From the NCBI RefSeq assembly GCF_000002075.1, contig NW_004797339.1:931558-995557 (forward strand): a stretch of DNA of 64,000 nucleotides, read 5' to 3'. The translations under genes and the position numbers were made by a program. Below the pieces are notes generated by a model, which did not search any database, was not told the DNA's origin, and saw nothing but the letters and a program-made list of their open reading frames with translations. Positions 25,601 to 37,600 of this stretch are shown one piece after another; position 1 is the stretch's first letter; the number at the start of each line of letters is the position of its first letter. This stretch comes from Aplysia californica (Eukaryota).

Positions 25601-28600
25601 AGACCATTAAGTCAACAGAGCAACTAAAAAGTAATGTGGAAAGAAGACTCATAAGTACAGATAATCAAAGATAATCCAGAGATCTTAAATGCTTGGAGTG
25701 TACCAGAGGCATCCCATGAGACAGTAAAATAATAATATCCCTCTCCCCCATGCATATTGAGGGTATCTCTGTATTTGCTTGCAAAATATTTTATGGTGAG
25801 ACTAAAGATCGATTCATTTTGCAGTTCTAGGAATTGCAACTACCTAAACTGCCTAAAATTAATTGAACTTCATCCCACAATATTATGAACCTTTAAATAA
25901 TGTGAACAACAAATCCTCAGACTCCCAGCATTTGTTATTTTTATCCACGATACTTTAATTTGTGCTGAAATTGTAACTTTAAAGAAATCATTATCAAGCA
26001 TTACAGTACTATTGAATTTTAATATTTTGGAGAGTACTTAAGTCACGGAATGGACCAAAAAGTTGCATACTTGAGTTGAATTTGATTGAGCATTCTTGTA
26101 TTTGACTGTGATTCAGACTACAGCTGAAGAGAACCTAATCAAAGCTGACGTCGCTATAAAACACATCAAAACAGCAATTCTCCAACAAAGAAATCAGTAT
26201 TGGAACATGACTCCAAATTTTCAGCATGAAAATGCTCTTGCTCATGTGAAAAGTTAAGAGCACACTGCTTGATCCCTTTGAATAAACTTATTGAGCACAT
26301 AAACAGCCAAGGCACAATAAAGCACATCATTTTAGCTTCATTTCCTCGGAAACTCTTGTGGCTATTTTGGGCTCCAAAAGAATTTTAATGAATAATAATA
26401 ACAATAAACAGTTTATATTGCCCTGATTCCCACTAAATAGCAAGCTCTATGTGCAATATAAAACAGCTTTTGCATTAGCTGTGGGGCACGTTAAGAATAC
26501 CCAAAACCAACATCAAGAAGTTCATAAGTTCTCTCAGAAAAATCAACAAAATAATCAGATCAAACAAACTTGAAGAATCTGCATGCAAATTCCATACTAC
26601 TCACCATTTATTTTTGTCTTTGGACAAACAGAGATCGCATTATCATGAGAAAATTACCATCATGTCTATTTACAAATGAAAAGAAAACCATGCTTCAAAT
26701 TACAATGTGATGACGGAGAAAGAGACTGAGAGATCAAAGTACTTCATCATAAAAAGAAATAATATGTCATGGTGGAACATAAACAACACAAGAGTGGTCT
26801 GAAACTCCATTTCTGAAATGACTGAATTAAGAAAATACAATAGAACACCTAAAACACTTCAAATTCGTTTTTAGAGAACACACAAAGCCATTGACACCCA
26901 AAAAAAAAATCCTTTTTCCCCTAAACGATATTTGGCATAGATACACTCAACAACAAAACTATACAAGCATTAAGACACGTAAATTGTTGTCACCATGTTA
27001 TCTATTTGATAACATGTATTTGTTCTATTGTCCAATTGATTTCATGTTGGGCTTATAGATTCGTCAGGTCAGTTCTGGCTCTGAACCTCTTTAAGCCAAG
27101 CTAATTTCTCTTTATTTTTTTTCACTTTTCAGTTACAGACCAGTAGAGCATGATTTTTTTGTTTTAGTAAGTGTTTTATGGCACTTGCAACCGAGCATGA
27201 CTTTCACACACTATTGATTAACTTTAACTAAACACAAACAACAACGTCTCAGAACAAAAAAAGCAATTTAGCAATGACTACGAAAAAAAAATTTTTTAAC
27301 AGAAAGTGTTTGCAAATAGGTGCATTTTGTAGCTTTATCTCCACAGAGCATGGAACTTTTTGAATTTTTGAAATCCATCAATAAACAAAAACGTTACGAA
27401 TTTTTTAATCAATTAATTTTTGGTACACTTTTATATAATGAAAAAAAAATGGGACGTTCTTTGATGAGTTTTGAGACAATATTTGTCATAACTCGCTCAT
27501 TTCTAGGAGTATTTAAATGAAACTTGGCAACCCAGTACATTTTCTAGTGCAGAATCTAGTCCTGCTTTCAGAATTTTCATGGCTATCCTACTTTTTGAGT
27601 TATGAAGACGTTTATAAGGTAAAAATGTGGCGGTTTTCGGTGCGTTTTGAGACAATATTTGTCATAGTTCGCCTTTTTTTTGGAGTATGTAAATGAAACT
27701 TGAAGGTCTAGTACAGTTTTTAATGCAGAAACTAGTCATGCTGTCAAATTTTTAATATCTATCATACTTTTTGAGGTGTAAAGACATTAACAGGTACAAA
27801 AGTGGCGTTCTTTACAGATTTACAAAGATTATCAGTCATATCTTCTCCCAAAGTCAGGATATTTGAATGGAACTTGGCAACATAAGAGGTTCCTCCTTGC
27901 TAAGCAATGCTCTGGATCAATTTGTCATAAAAATGTAAGTAGAGAACTGGATTTATTAGTCTAATAAATCCAGTTCTCTACCAGTAAAAGCATGCATACT
28001 TTGTTATAGAAAATAAGATCGTCTCTGTGTATATCCAGTGTTGGTCAGTGTCCTATTGTGTGGTAGATTAAGATGCGCTTAGATAATATAGTTTACAAAT
28101 CATGGGAATATTTCGCATGTGTAGGCTACAACTCATACTATAAATGTAACATATTTACACCCCCCCCCCCCCCCTTCTCTCTCTCTCTCTCTCACTCTTT
28201 CACGCGCAAACACACATGCACGCACGCACTCACGCGTGAACGTTATCAATGTAAAAACGGGACTATCTTCCCAGACTGGACTAAATAAGTACCGTACTCT
28301 TTAATAACAATCATAATGCCTCACTTTTCCAAACAGAGCACACAGGACGAGTCCAAGTGTGTGCTTTCCCCAGAGGGGGGAATAGGCTTTAATAACGCAA
28401 ACACAATGCCATACCACTTCTCAAGATATTTGCTTTTCTGTTTCTATTCTTCTGTCATGCAATCAAGCAAATAAAAATGACTACATCTATTGTATTGTGA
28501 CTAAAATGCAACAAAAATGCAAGTTATCAAGGCCCCCGTTTAGTTTTCAAGTATCTTTCCCCCCCCTTCCGGTTCACATAAGCGGGACCTCGTTTGTAGC

Positions 28601-31600
28601 GCCCGAGGCGACCGATGGCTGATGACGTCACTCAGTGGAAATTTCCCAGCTGACGGTCATTCACCCAGTAGGCGCAAACGGCAATGTCGATTTTTCCCTT
28701 AGTTACTCCCACATTTTTAAAGATTACGCCAAAACCGCTAAACACAGAAACATGAAATATTAAGGGAATGAAGAAAAATGGTGTACAACGTATCAGTCAG
28801 TTTGACAACTTACAGCTCCGAAAAATCTTCAAAGCGCACCACATCAACCACTTTTGCAAACTTTTTCGACTACTTCTTGGATGGGTACAATGTTGTCAAA
28901 CTGCATACTACGAGATTGACCTCTTTTCTGATTGGTTTCATTCATATCCATTCACGAGAAGCGGCGTGAGAGCAAGTTGAAGACAACAACCTTTGCGTTA
29001 GTGCGTCCCACAAAACACCCCCGCGGCGGGGGCCAAAAATCGGCAGAACAAAACGCGCTCCATGGGCATTGCTAAGCAATTGCACAAGAAAAGTACATAG
29101 ACATTCATAACTCTAATCAGTAACAATTTCAATTTCCATATTCCTTCTCCCAGTAAAAGTAAACCTACTTTGATGGCTGCACATCTCTGATAGTGTTGCT
29201 GTAAGGCTCCCTTCTCCAGGTGGGTTGCATCATTGATCACTTCCCCAATTTTCTCCAAGATAGTCTTGAATCGTACATCATCAAGGGCCTGGAAAATAAA
29301 AGGTGTTTATCAAACATCTAAAAGGCAACTATCTATTTTGCCATTACAAGACATAAGGTAGCGTAGCCTACAAAAAAACAAGACAAATTTTTTTAACACT
29401 TATTGGAATGGGGGCCTTTCAAGTTTAATGGGCCCACAGAGACCTGAAGGAACCTTCAAAAGTTGAACATAATATACAAGTAGACTGATAAATATTGCCA
29501 ACATCCCTACTGGAACATTATTAGCCTAGACCGTTTCACGATAGCTTGCTGGCACAGTTCACTTTCACATGAGAACAAAATGACACGTGGCATGTGCAAC
29601 CTGAGGATTTCTGACTCCGTGTGAGCACAAGAAGAACATGACATATTTATAAGCAGTAGGAGCATGTAAAGTCAAATAGTGATATACATACATGATACAC
29701 ACTGCAGAGGTTTTCCACAATATATTGAGACTTTCTGTCAATCTTACAGCAAATCATAAAACAGATTACAGCATTCTTCTTTTTTTAAGAAACTTGGCTA
29801 GGTATAGTAGCAAAAAAAGGGACAATGAACTCATTGCTTTGATTTTACAGACTTCTCCTTCAGCTTGAGCTCTGGGGTACCACCCTTCGGCTGTTTAAGT
29901 TATAGGGCAGCTGATTTTCTGCCAGTGATAATTTTCTCCAATCAGACTGTAGGGTACCATGCCTTTCAGGTAGCCATATTTATAAGAGTCCAAGGGTACC
30001 CTTATCTAAACTGACTTCATATGGAGGGCAGGCTGCTTCACCAATGCTGAGTACATTCCAGCAGAAAGACAACAAAACACAAAATATCTTCCCCTGGTGG
30101 AAGGTGTACCCATACCTTTTGTTTGTAAGGTAAAAAACTTAACCATGATACCATACGATGGTGAGTGAGTGAGTCAACAAGGTGAAGAAGTATGGCTTCA
30201 TTATGAATACACTATTGATGCTGCAACAGGCTGGACCACATGACGAAACACTAAATACTTGTATTAGGAGCCTCAAAAATAGTATAAAAAATATGCACCC
30301 AACATTTTTGGTGTAAACCTTCTCCAAGAGATACAGACTGAATAACTGCTACTACATAAATTACAATAGGTGAGTGCTGGTTTTTTTTAAAGAGTTTTAT
30401 GGCACTTGCAGGACAGTTAAGTCATATAAGCAAAGCTGTTAAAGTACTTTTTAAAAAGTACTTAAGTACAAATTTAAGTACAATCTAAAAAATTTACTTA
30501 AATAAAGTAAAAGAACTTTCCTGTAAAATGTACTTGAGTACAAGTACTTTTTTTTAAAGTACTCATGAGTACATTTTGAGAACTTTCTGCTAATATGCTA
30601 AAACACTTCTATGCCAATGCAAAACGTCATATATCGAATAACATCCAGTATATTTGTCAAATTAGACCATTTATTATGATTATTATTATAATACGGGTGC
30701 GAAGCACGGACAATCAATAAACAGCTGGAAAGAACAATTGTGGTGACACAGTATAGTTCATAAGACGCATGCTACGTATCCCATGGACAACTAGAAAAAC
30801 AAATGAAGAAGTCTTGGTTGAAGCAAATTGCAGAAGACAGCTCATGACGAATATACAAAAGTGACAGGCAAATTTCTTCGGACACACAATGCGGAAAGAA
30901 GAATTGGAGAATATTGTAACAACAGGCAAGTTTGATGGAAAGAGAGGCAGAGGCAGACAGAGGGAAAAGATACTGGACAAGATGACAACATGGCTAGGAG
31001 CAGCAAGAACAACAGACACCATTGCTGCAATGCAAGACAGAGTGAAGTGAAGGTCCATGATCACCCACGCCAGTCGGCAAGGCACCGGATGATGATAATG
31101 ATTATTAAAAATGTAACAAAGCATTTGAATATATATATACACAGAACATAATATATATGTGGAAATGGTCCACGAAATTGAAAAAGCAAACAAACAAGAG
31201 AACTTCACCCTGAACAGATATTTTGAGAATGTTGAAAAATAATCACTGCTTGAAAAATTGCAAGCAAAAAAAAAAAAAAAAACAACCAATAGGCCTGTAT
31301 TAAACTGCAATTGATAGCATGATCTAAAATGGAAACAGAAAAGTTGGAAACAGAAAGTACAGAAATCCTCATCAGAATCACTCACTTTTATGTAACCCCC
31401 CCCCCCCCCCCAACCCCAATAGAAACAACTATTCAATTACACAAATTTTGAAAGTACCCCTGATTCAGTTGAAAACCTTACAATCTAACTAACAAAAGCT
31501 CTTATTGTACTTCACCAAGAGGAGATTCTCAAAATTCCTGTCACTGAATGAAGATCTCTTGAGCACAAAAATGAGCCCCCCCAACGAGAACAGCCTCTCT

Positions 31601-34600
31601 ATTGGTGCTGACGATGGGAGGATGCTGTTTCACTGGCGGAAAAGGGCCTTCACGTCCGGAAAAGCTTCCAGGCAGCCGAGGGAGGTGTCTTTAGCTGCCA
31701 GGTATTCGGGTTCCTCGGCTCCACCGAAGACGGAAAAGAGGCCATCGTCAACCACCTCCTCCTCACGACCTGACTCCTTTTCAAATTTGGAGAGTTCGTC
31801 TATGAACAGCTGCTTGGCTCTCTCCTTTGCTGTCATTTTGAAGAAATGAGAGCTTGAATCTATAGTAAGAAAGAGAGAAATGAAAAACATACACCCTTTT
31901 TTCATTAGAAATCATAATTGAAAAATGATCAATACGCATTACAACCATGCACAAAGACATTAAATAATTACAAGACATTGAGAATACATGTACATAATCA
32001 ACGCACTATATGGTGGCTGTAACTTTTGAAGACTAAATGTTCATTTCTATTAATTTTTTGTTAACCCTTGCCCATTTATATTATGCACACACTGTAAATG
32101 TTACAGATAGAAATTCAAGGATTATAGATGTAAGTCAAGGGTCTGAGAGCAAAGGTGATTTTAGAAATAATGGTGGTGATAAATGAGTGATGCTGTGGGC
32201 CCTTAAACTCCCAAATCAAGTACCCTGTGTCTGAATCCCCACGTTCTCATCCAAGATTGGTATAATTTCAATGCTGACGTTTGGACGCAATTCTTACATT
32301 TAAGAAATCAATATTGTGCAGATGCTGGATAGATGTGCTTTTGATGGATAAAAATGACTAGAGTGAAAGAGAGAGGGAGAGAGAGAAAGAGAGAGGTGTT
32401 CATTTCTAGCTAACCAGCCCACCTACCTCTTAATGTGAAAATTTTTAATTTGCATTACTTTTTGGCAAACTCTCATAAATAATTAACTTACTTGGGATGC
32501 ACAACTGCAGCCAAGATACAGGTCTTGTCGTCGAACATAGGCCCGAACTGTTTATCCAGTCCTGCCAGGAGTTCAAGACAAAAAGTCCTGCAGCGTCCTG
32601 CACTATCCAGAAGGGATGTCATCTTTAACTTCAATGCCACCAGGGTGGGCAGAAGATGCTCCAGGGTGGTCTCCTTCTCTCCCTGAAGCAGGTCCAGCGC
32701 AAAAGAAAAAGGCTTCATCACCTTGGAAAAGTCAAAGGAGATAACAAAAATTAGTAAAGAAAATCTATAATAAATGAGTTTAAAAAAGAAGTAGGAATTT
32801 TGATCATTTCCAAAATCTTACTGACTTACTATTTCCTAGCACAAACACTAACCCAAACACATAGAAAATCACCAAAAGAGACAAGATTACAAAATTACAA
32901 ATAGTAGACAAAGAAAATAAAAATAGTTTTAACAACCAATGAAATCTTGAGTTGTGATGAAATGCAATGAATTTAAAGCCACAGAACTTTTCCCAGAAAA
33001 AAACAACAACAAGCAAACAAAAAACACACATAAGACATTAAAAGTTTCCTTTAGCTTACAGAAATCTTTGACGTAGGTCAATTCCTTTTCACTAAAGTGG
33101 GTTCCCCCAAGTCTGTCCATCAGAACATTTAGGGATGCCTTCACCTTTCGTAAGCAGTCCATTGCATCAAACGAGTAGTTCCATCTTGTGGCATTTGGAA
33201 CAACCAAATACCTTCCCAGAACTGAATAGATTGTCTCTAGGAAAAAGTGAGAACAAAAGGAAATGAGTGGCAGTTGGCAGCGGATAGTAAAAAAAAAAGG
33301 TCCTGCTGATAAAAAAATGTTTTCAAGACACATGGCACAAAAAAAAGCCCACATTGGAAAAGCCCAGGCTGCTTTCATTCTTTGAATAGGATTTGGAAAA
33401 CCAGGGATATCCCATTTCGAACAAAGCTAAGGATTTTCAATTCGAATGTGAAGTTAGTCCTACTGTAGGGATGTGAGACATGGAATGCATCTTAGATTTG
33501 CATAAAGAGGATCCAGGTTTTCTTGAATAAGTGTCTAAGAAAATTACTGAGGATCAGATGGACAGACAGGGTCACCAAGGAGGAAGTGCTAAGGAAAACA
33601 AGACTGATCCCAGTCATAGATGAGGTAGGAAGAAGGCGGTGGCAATGGATTGGACATACTTTCAGGAAGTCAGGCAGCTGCATAACAAAGAAAGTGTTGG
33701 ATTGGAATCCAAAGGGTAAAAGATCAAGGGGAAGACTGTGAAACCAGGAGAAGAATCACAGAAATTGATGTACAGAAAGTGGGAAGACATGGAACACTAA
33801 TACCACCAAGAGGCTAGTCCAGGATAGAGAAATATGATGAGGAACTTACCTGCAGCAAGAGGACTTCTGCTCTGCTTGTTCCACAGCAGCTTCGCCTTTA
33901 CCCAGCAATTTTTGGCCACATCACTGTCCATCTTCATGGCCTCTTTGGCTACAAGATTCAAGGTGTGCGCTGCACAGCGTTGCTGAGGGGACAGTGCAAT
34001 ATACAGGGTCTCTGTTGAACCCTCTTTTAAATCAGAGATAGAGACAGGCTCCACGCTGATGCTCTCCTCACCATCCTCCTCCTCTTCTTCCTGAGCAAAT
34101 ATACTGGGACAAACAAACAAACAAAATATTTGCTAATCATCCAATATTAAGACAAAATAAAGGACAGGATTTATCATAAAACTGGCAGATTTTTATGTTT
34201 TTAAGAATCAGCATGTCAGATCATTTTACCCTTAGTGATTCCCCTACATCAACAGTCAAACTGACACATTAATTCAAATTAAGGTTAATACTTCTTTTTG
34301 AAAACAAAAACCCCCACCCAAAACAAATTTGTTGACCGGACTTCTCAAATGGGTAACAGTAACCCACTAACCTCTAAGTTGCCGGGGTTTTTTTTCAAAT
34401 GTACATATATATGAAAATTATTGCTATACAAAATGCCGGCAATAAAACCAACTACTGATTGCAGGCGCCGTTCATCCATAAAGCACGGTCGTGCAGTGCC
34501 GCCCAAAATTGTTTACTGTTCTATTACGAAAAGCACCCACAAACACAAAATAAGCGACTAGAGAATTTAGAAATGGTACGTATAATCTATTACGACTCAA

Positions 34601-37600
34601 GTCTGATTAAACAAAAATTATATTCGGACCCAGAATAGAGTCCAACACTACGTCATTTCCGACATAACTAAGGGGCCGATTAGGCGCGACAGTTACACAG
34701 TCCTAGAAACTAGATGTTCTAATTTTAGTTTTACTTAAAATTCCCAGAGGACAGTTTATATTAATATTGTAACCTTCTTACTCTCACATATAACTCACTT
34801 GCCGAGTCCGAATAGATAAAACCCATTTTCTGACTCAAGTCCGAATTTAAAACAATCTCATCAGACTCGAGACCGAATAAAAAAAATCTGATAGGACTCC
34901 GAGACTGAACAGACTGGCCTAAAATTTATTTTAGAGATGTGACAGAGTTGACAGAGAGATAGATTCTAGTTTACTTTTGTTTGCTTACCTCCAAACACTT
35001 GACAATCGAGGCTCTACATGGGATGGCAGCTCCAGGCACCAAAGCTTGAATCAGCCGTTTGAAACTCTCCTTCTCCACGGTTGAGATGGGCAGGACGTCC
35101 GTCACGATGTAGTCCGTCACAGCCTGAGTCACGGAGGGATCCGCCTTTACCCGCCTGACAGCAAAACTCATCATTGTAATTTGATCCTCTGGCAAGGCTC
35201 TTTTCTTGCTGGGGGTCGATTCGATGTTGATGGTCTTGTGAACTCTCTTGTAGTGCTTCACCAGGTTTGATGACGAATTATTGCTGGCACTCTGGTCCTT
35301 CTTACATATCGTGCACTTCAAAACTACCTTGAAGCCTGCATAGGTAGAAGCATCCTTTGCTTCATGCCGAACAAACGTAAAATGTCCAGCATCCACTTAC
35401 CTGGAGAGACACGTGCTCAACACAAAATCCATAACGTAGCCTAACAACTGAAGATCGAAGAGCAATGACTGAACTAGATCTCTGAACGGTGGAGTGAATA
35501 AGTGAAGAATGCAGTGGACAACACGACTCACGAGGGTGAAGAAAGAAAACGTGACAACACTAGGCCAGATTTTGGACACACAATGTGGTCCACGGCACCC
35601 GAGGCAAACTATATATAATTTCATAGAGTCTAGTAAGTAAGTGTAGTAAGTAAGCCAACGGCAACATATATTCCAAAAGACCAAAGTGGCATCCAATTCG
35701 CTTCAGCACCATAAAAACAAGGGATGTTACTCTGTTACTCTGCTGAACTCTGCCAAAAATACGAAATCGAAAATTGATGCGCAACAAAACTCTTTCCGTT
35801 TGCCGGGCCTGCGGCGGCACTTACCCTTTCACTGAGCCTCAAAAGTACTTAAAATATACTTTAAACTTTTATAAAAAGTATCGGAGTACAGTAAAGTACT
35901 GATTCTCAAAAATGTAACGGAGTACAGTAAAAGTACCAAAAATTGTAATGTAAGTACAAGTACCGGACTCCGTTACTACCAGCTCTGCATATAAGTACCG
36001 AAAAATGCACCTTATAGTACATTTTGAGCATCTTGTTCTCGCAGTAGGACAAATGTTCCTTAAGGGGCTCCACCAGTTGGAGTACATGCTTCAGGGCAAT
36101 GACACAGTTGAGTTTGCTCTCTGCTGATCGAAGAGTCTCCTGCTTAGGAATCTGCACACACACACTGATGATATGACCTGAAAATTTAACATTTAAAAAA
36201 AAGACAGAATAGCAGTGAGGAAAAAGAAAGAAAGATTGAATATCTGTATAAAACAAATACGAACAAAAACTTTCAAACAATTGAAACAAAGTCCAATAGC
36301 CAAATGAAATTTTTTTTTTTTTAAATACAATTACCTATCCCAAATAGGTTTCTTTGTCCCGTAAGATTGTACGAAATCATGTTACCAAAGCGATACAATA
36401 GTTCTTGAATATTTTGAGATTGCCACTTACTGAACCAGTACCATTTTGATTTACAGGACAAACCATCTACTGCTAAGCTGAATCATTACATTATCAACAT
36501 GCTAATTGATTCTTATTACACAGTTCCGCATTATCTATATGTGCAACGACAAACATTCAATATGAACAAGATTCCTGTTACTATGCTGATAAGATTTAAT
36601 TTGTCAAGTCTGACAGATTCACACTTTCCTAAGGCTGGTATTAATACATTTAGCGTCAATAAAAACCAGACACATTTTAATTGCGTGTTTCATGAAAAGT
36701 TGAAAACTCATGGAGCTGAAATTTTCCACACGTGATTGTGAACACTTGACGCTCTTGATCAGCCTGCATTTATGATCAGGTGCCCAGTTAATAAAGCTTA
36801 GGTCTTGTTTTGTTAAAAACCGTGTTTTGTAATTTTTCTCAAACGTTTTTTTATTTTATGGGTTCAACACATCTTTTATCTGTAGCCAAGAATAAAACGT
36901 TAAAAGTTTCAATTCAAAACATCTAAATCTAAAGATACAGCATGCCGCGTTTAACAAACGAAGAGCGCAATCAGACAGTTGGTATGCTGAGGGCCAATAC
37001 GCCAGTAGCGAATGTTGCAAGGACCTTCAATGTGACAAGAGACACGATATATCGACTAATGAATCATTTGCAGACGTCTGGATCCGTGCAGGATGGTCCC
37101 CAGACGGGTCATCCTAGAGCTACAACACCAGCCCATGACCAGTACATTCGGGTCTTGCACCTACGAGATCGCTTCCGGCCTGCTACCAAGACAGCCAGGG
37201 AGTGGCCGGGACAGAGAACCATAAGTGCCCCGACTGTGCGCCGACGCCTCAGAGCTCAAGGACTCATTCCTAGACTAGACGCCCTGCTCGACGCATCCGC
37301 CTGCTCCCGAGGCACCGCCGAGTCAGACTCAACTGGGCCCGCCAGCACCGACGATGGATTTTGAGACAGTGGGATAATGTGATGCTCACAGATGAGTGTC
37401 GTTTCCAACTGCAAAGCAATGATGGAAGGCAGCGTGTCTACAGAAGGATTAATGAACGTTTCTTTAACAGTTGTGCGAGTTCAGTTGGAGATAGGCGTGG
37501 TGTCATGGCCTGGGGAGGGATAACCAGCACTGGCCGCACAAACCTCGTTTTCATCAACGGGAACCTCACCACCAGACGCTACATTGATGAGATCATTCGC

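Larger units (their letters stand above)
30431..35987 (-). mobile_element. hAT DNA transposon (5.56 kb) in an MSH4 intron
   Basis: 8-bp TSD CATATAAG at 30423-30430 and 35988-35995; imperfect TIR CA(A/G)AGCTG(T/G)TA; dense AAGTAC subterminal repeats at both ends; internal transposase exons. Confidence 0.92.

Noticed and set aside
30714-31436. 240-aa minus-strand ORF
   Set aside because: Antisense to a LINE fragment plus low-complexity sequence; no recognisable domain.
31505-31849. 114-aa plus-strand ORF
   Set aside because: Antisense shadow of the hAT transposase C-terminal exon.
34590-34915. CRISPR-like spaced repeats (GACTC.AGTCCGAAT)
   Set aside because: Irregular, degenerate repeats inside a eukaryotic transposon intron; no cas genes.
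36011-36151. Shorter MSH4 exon using the acceptor at 36152-36153
   Set aside because: Wrong phase for the upstream exon. The acceptor at 36178-36179 keeps the frame and the homology.
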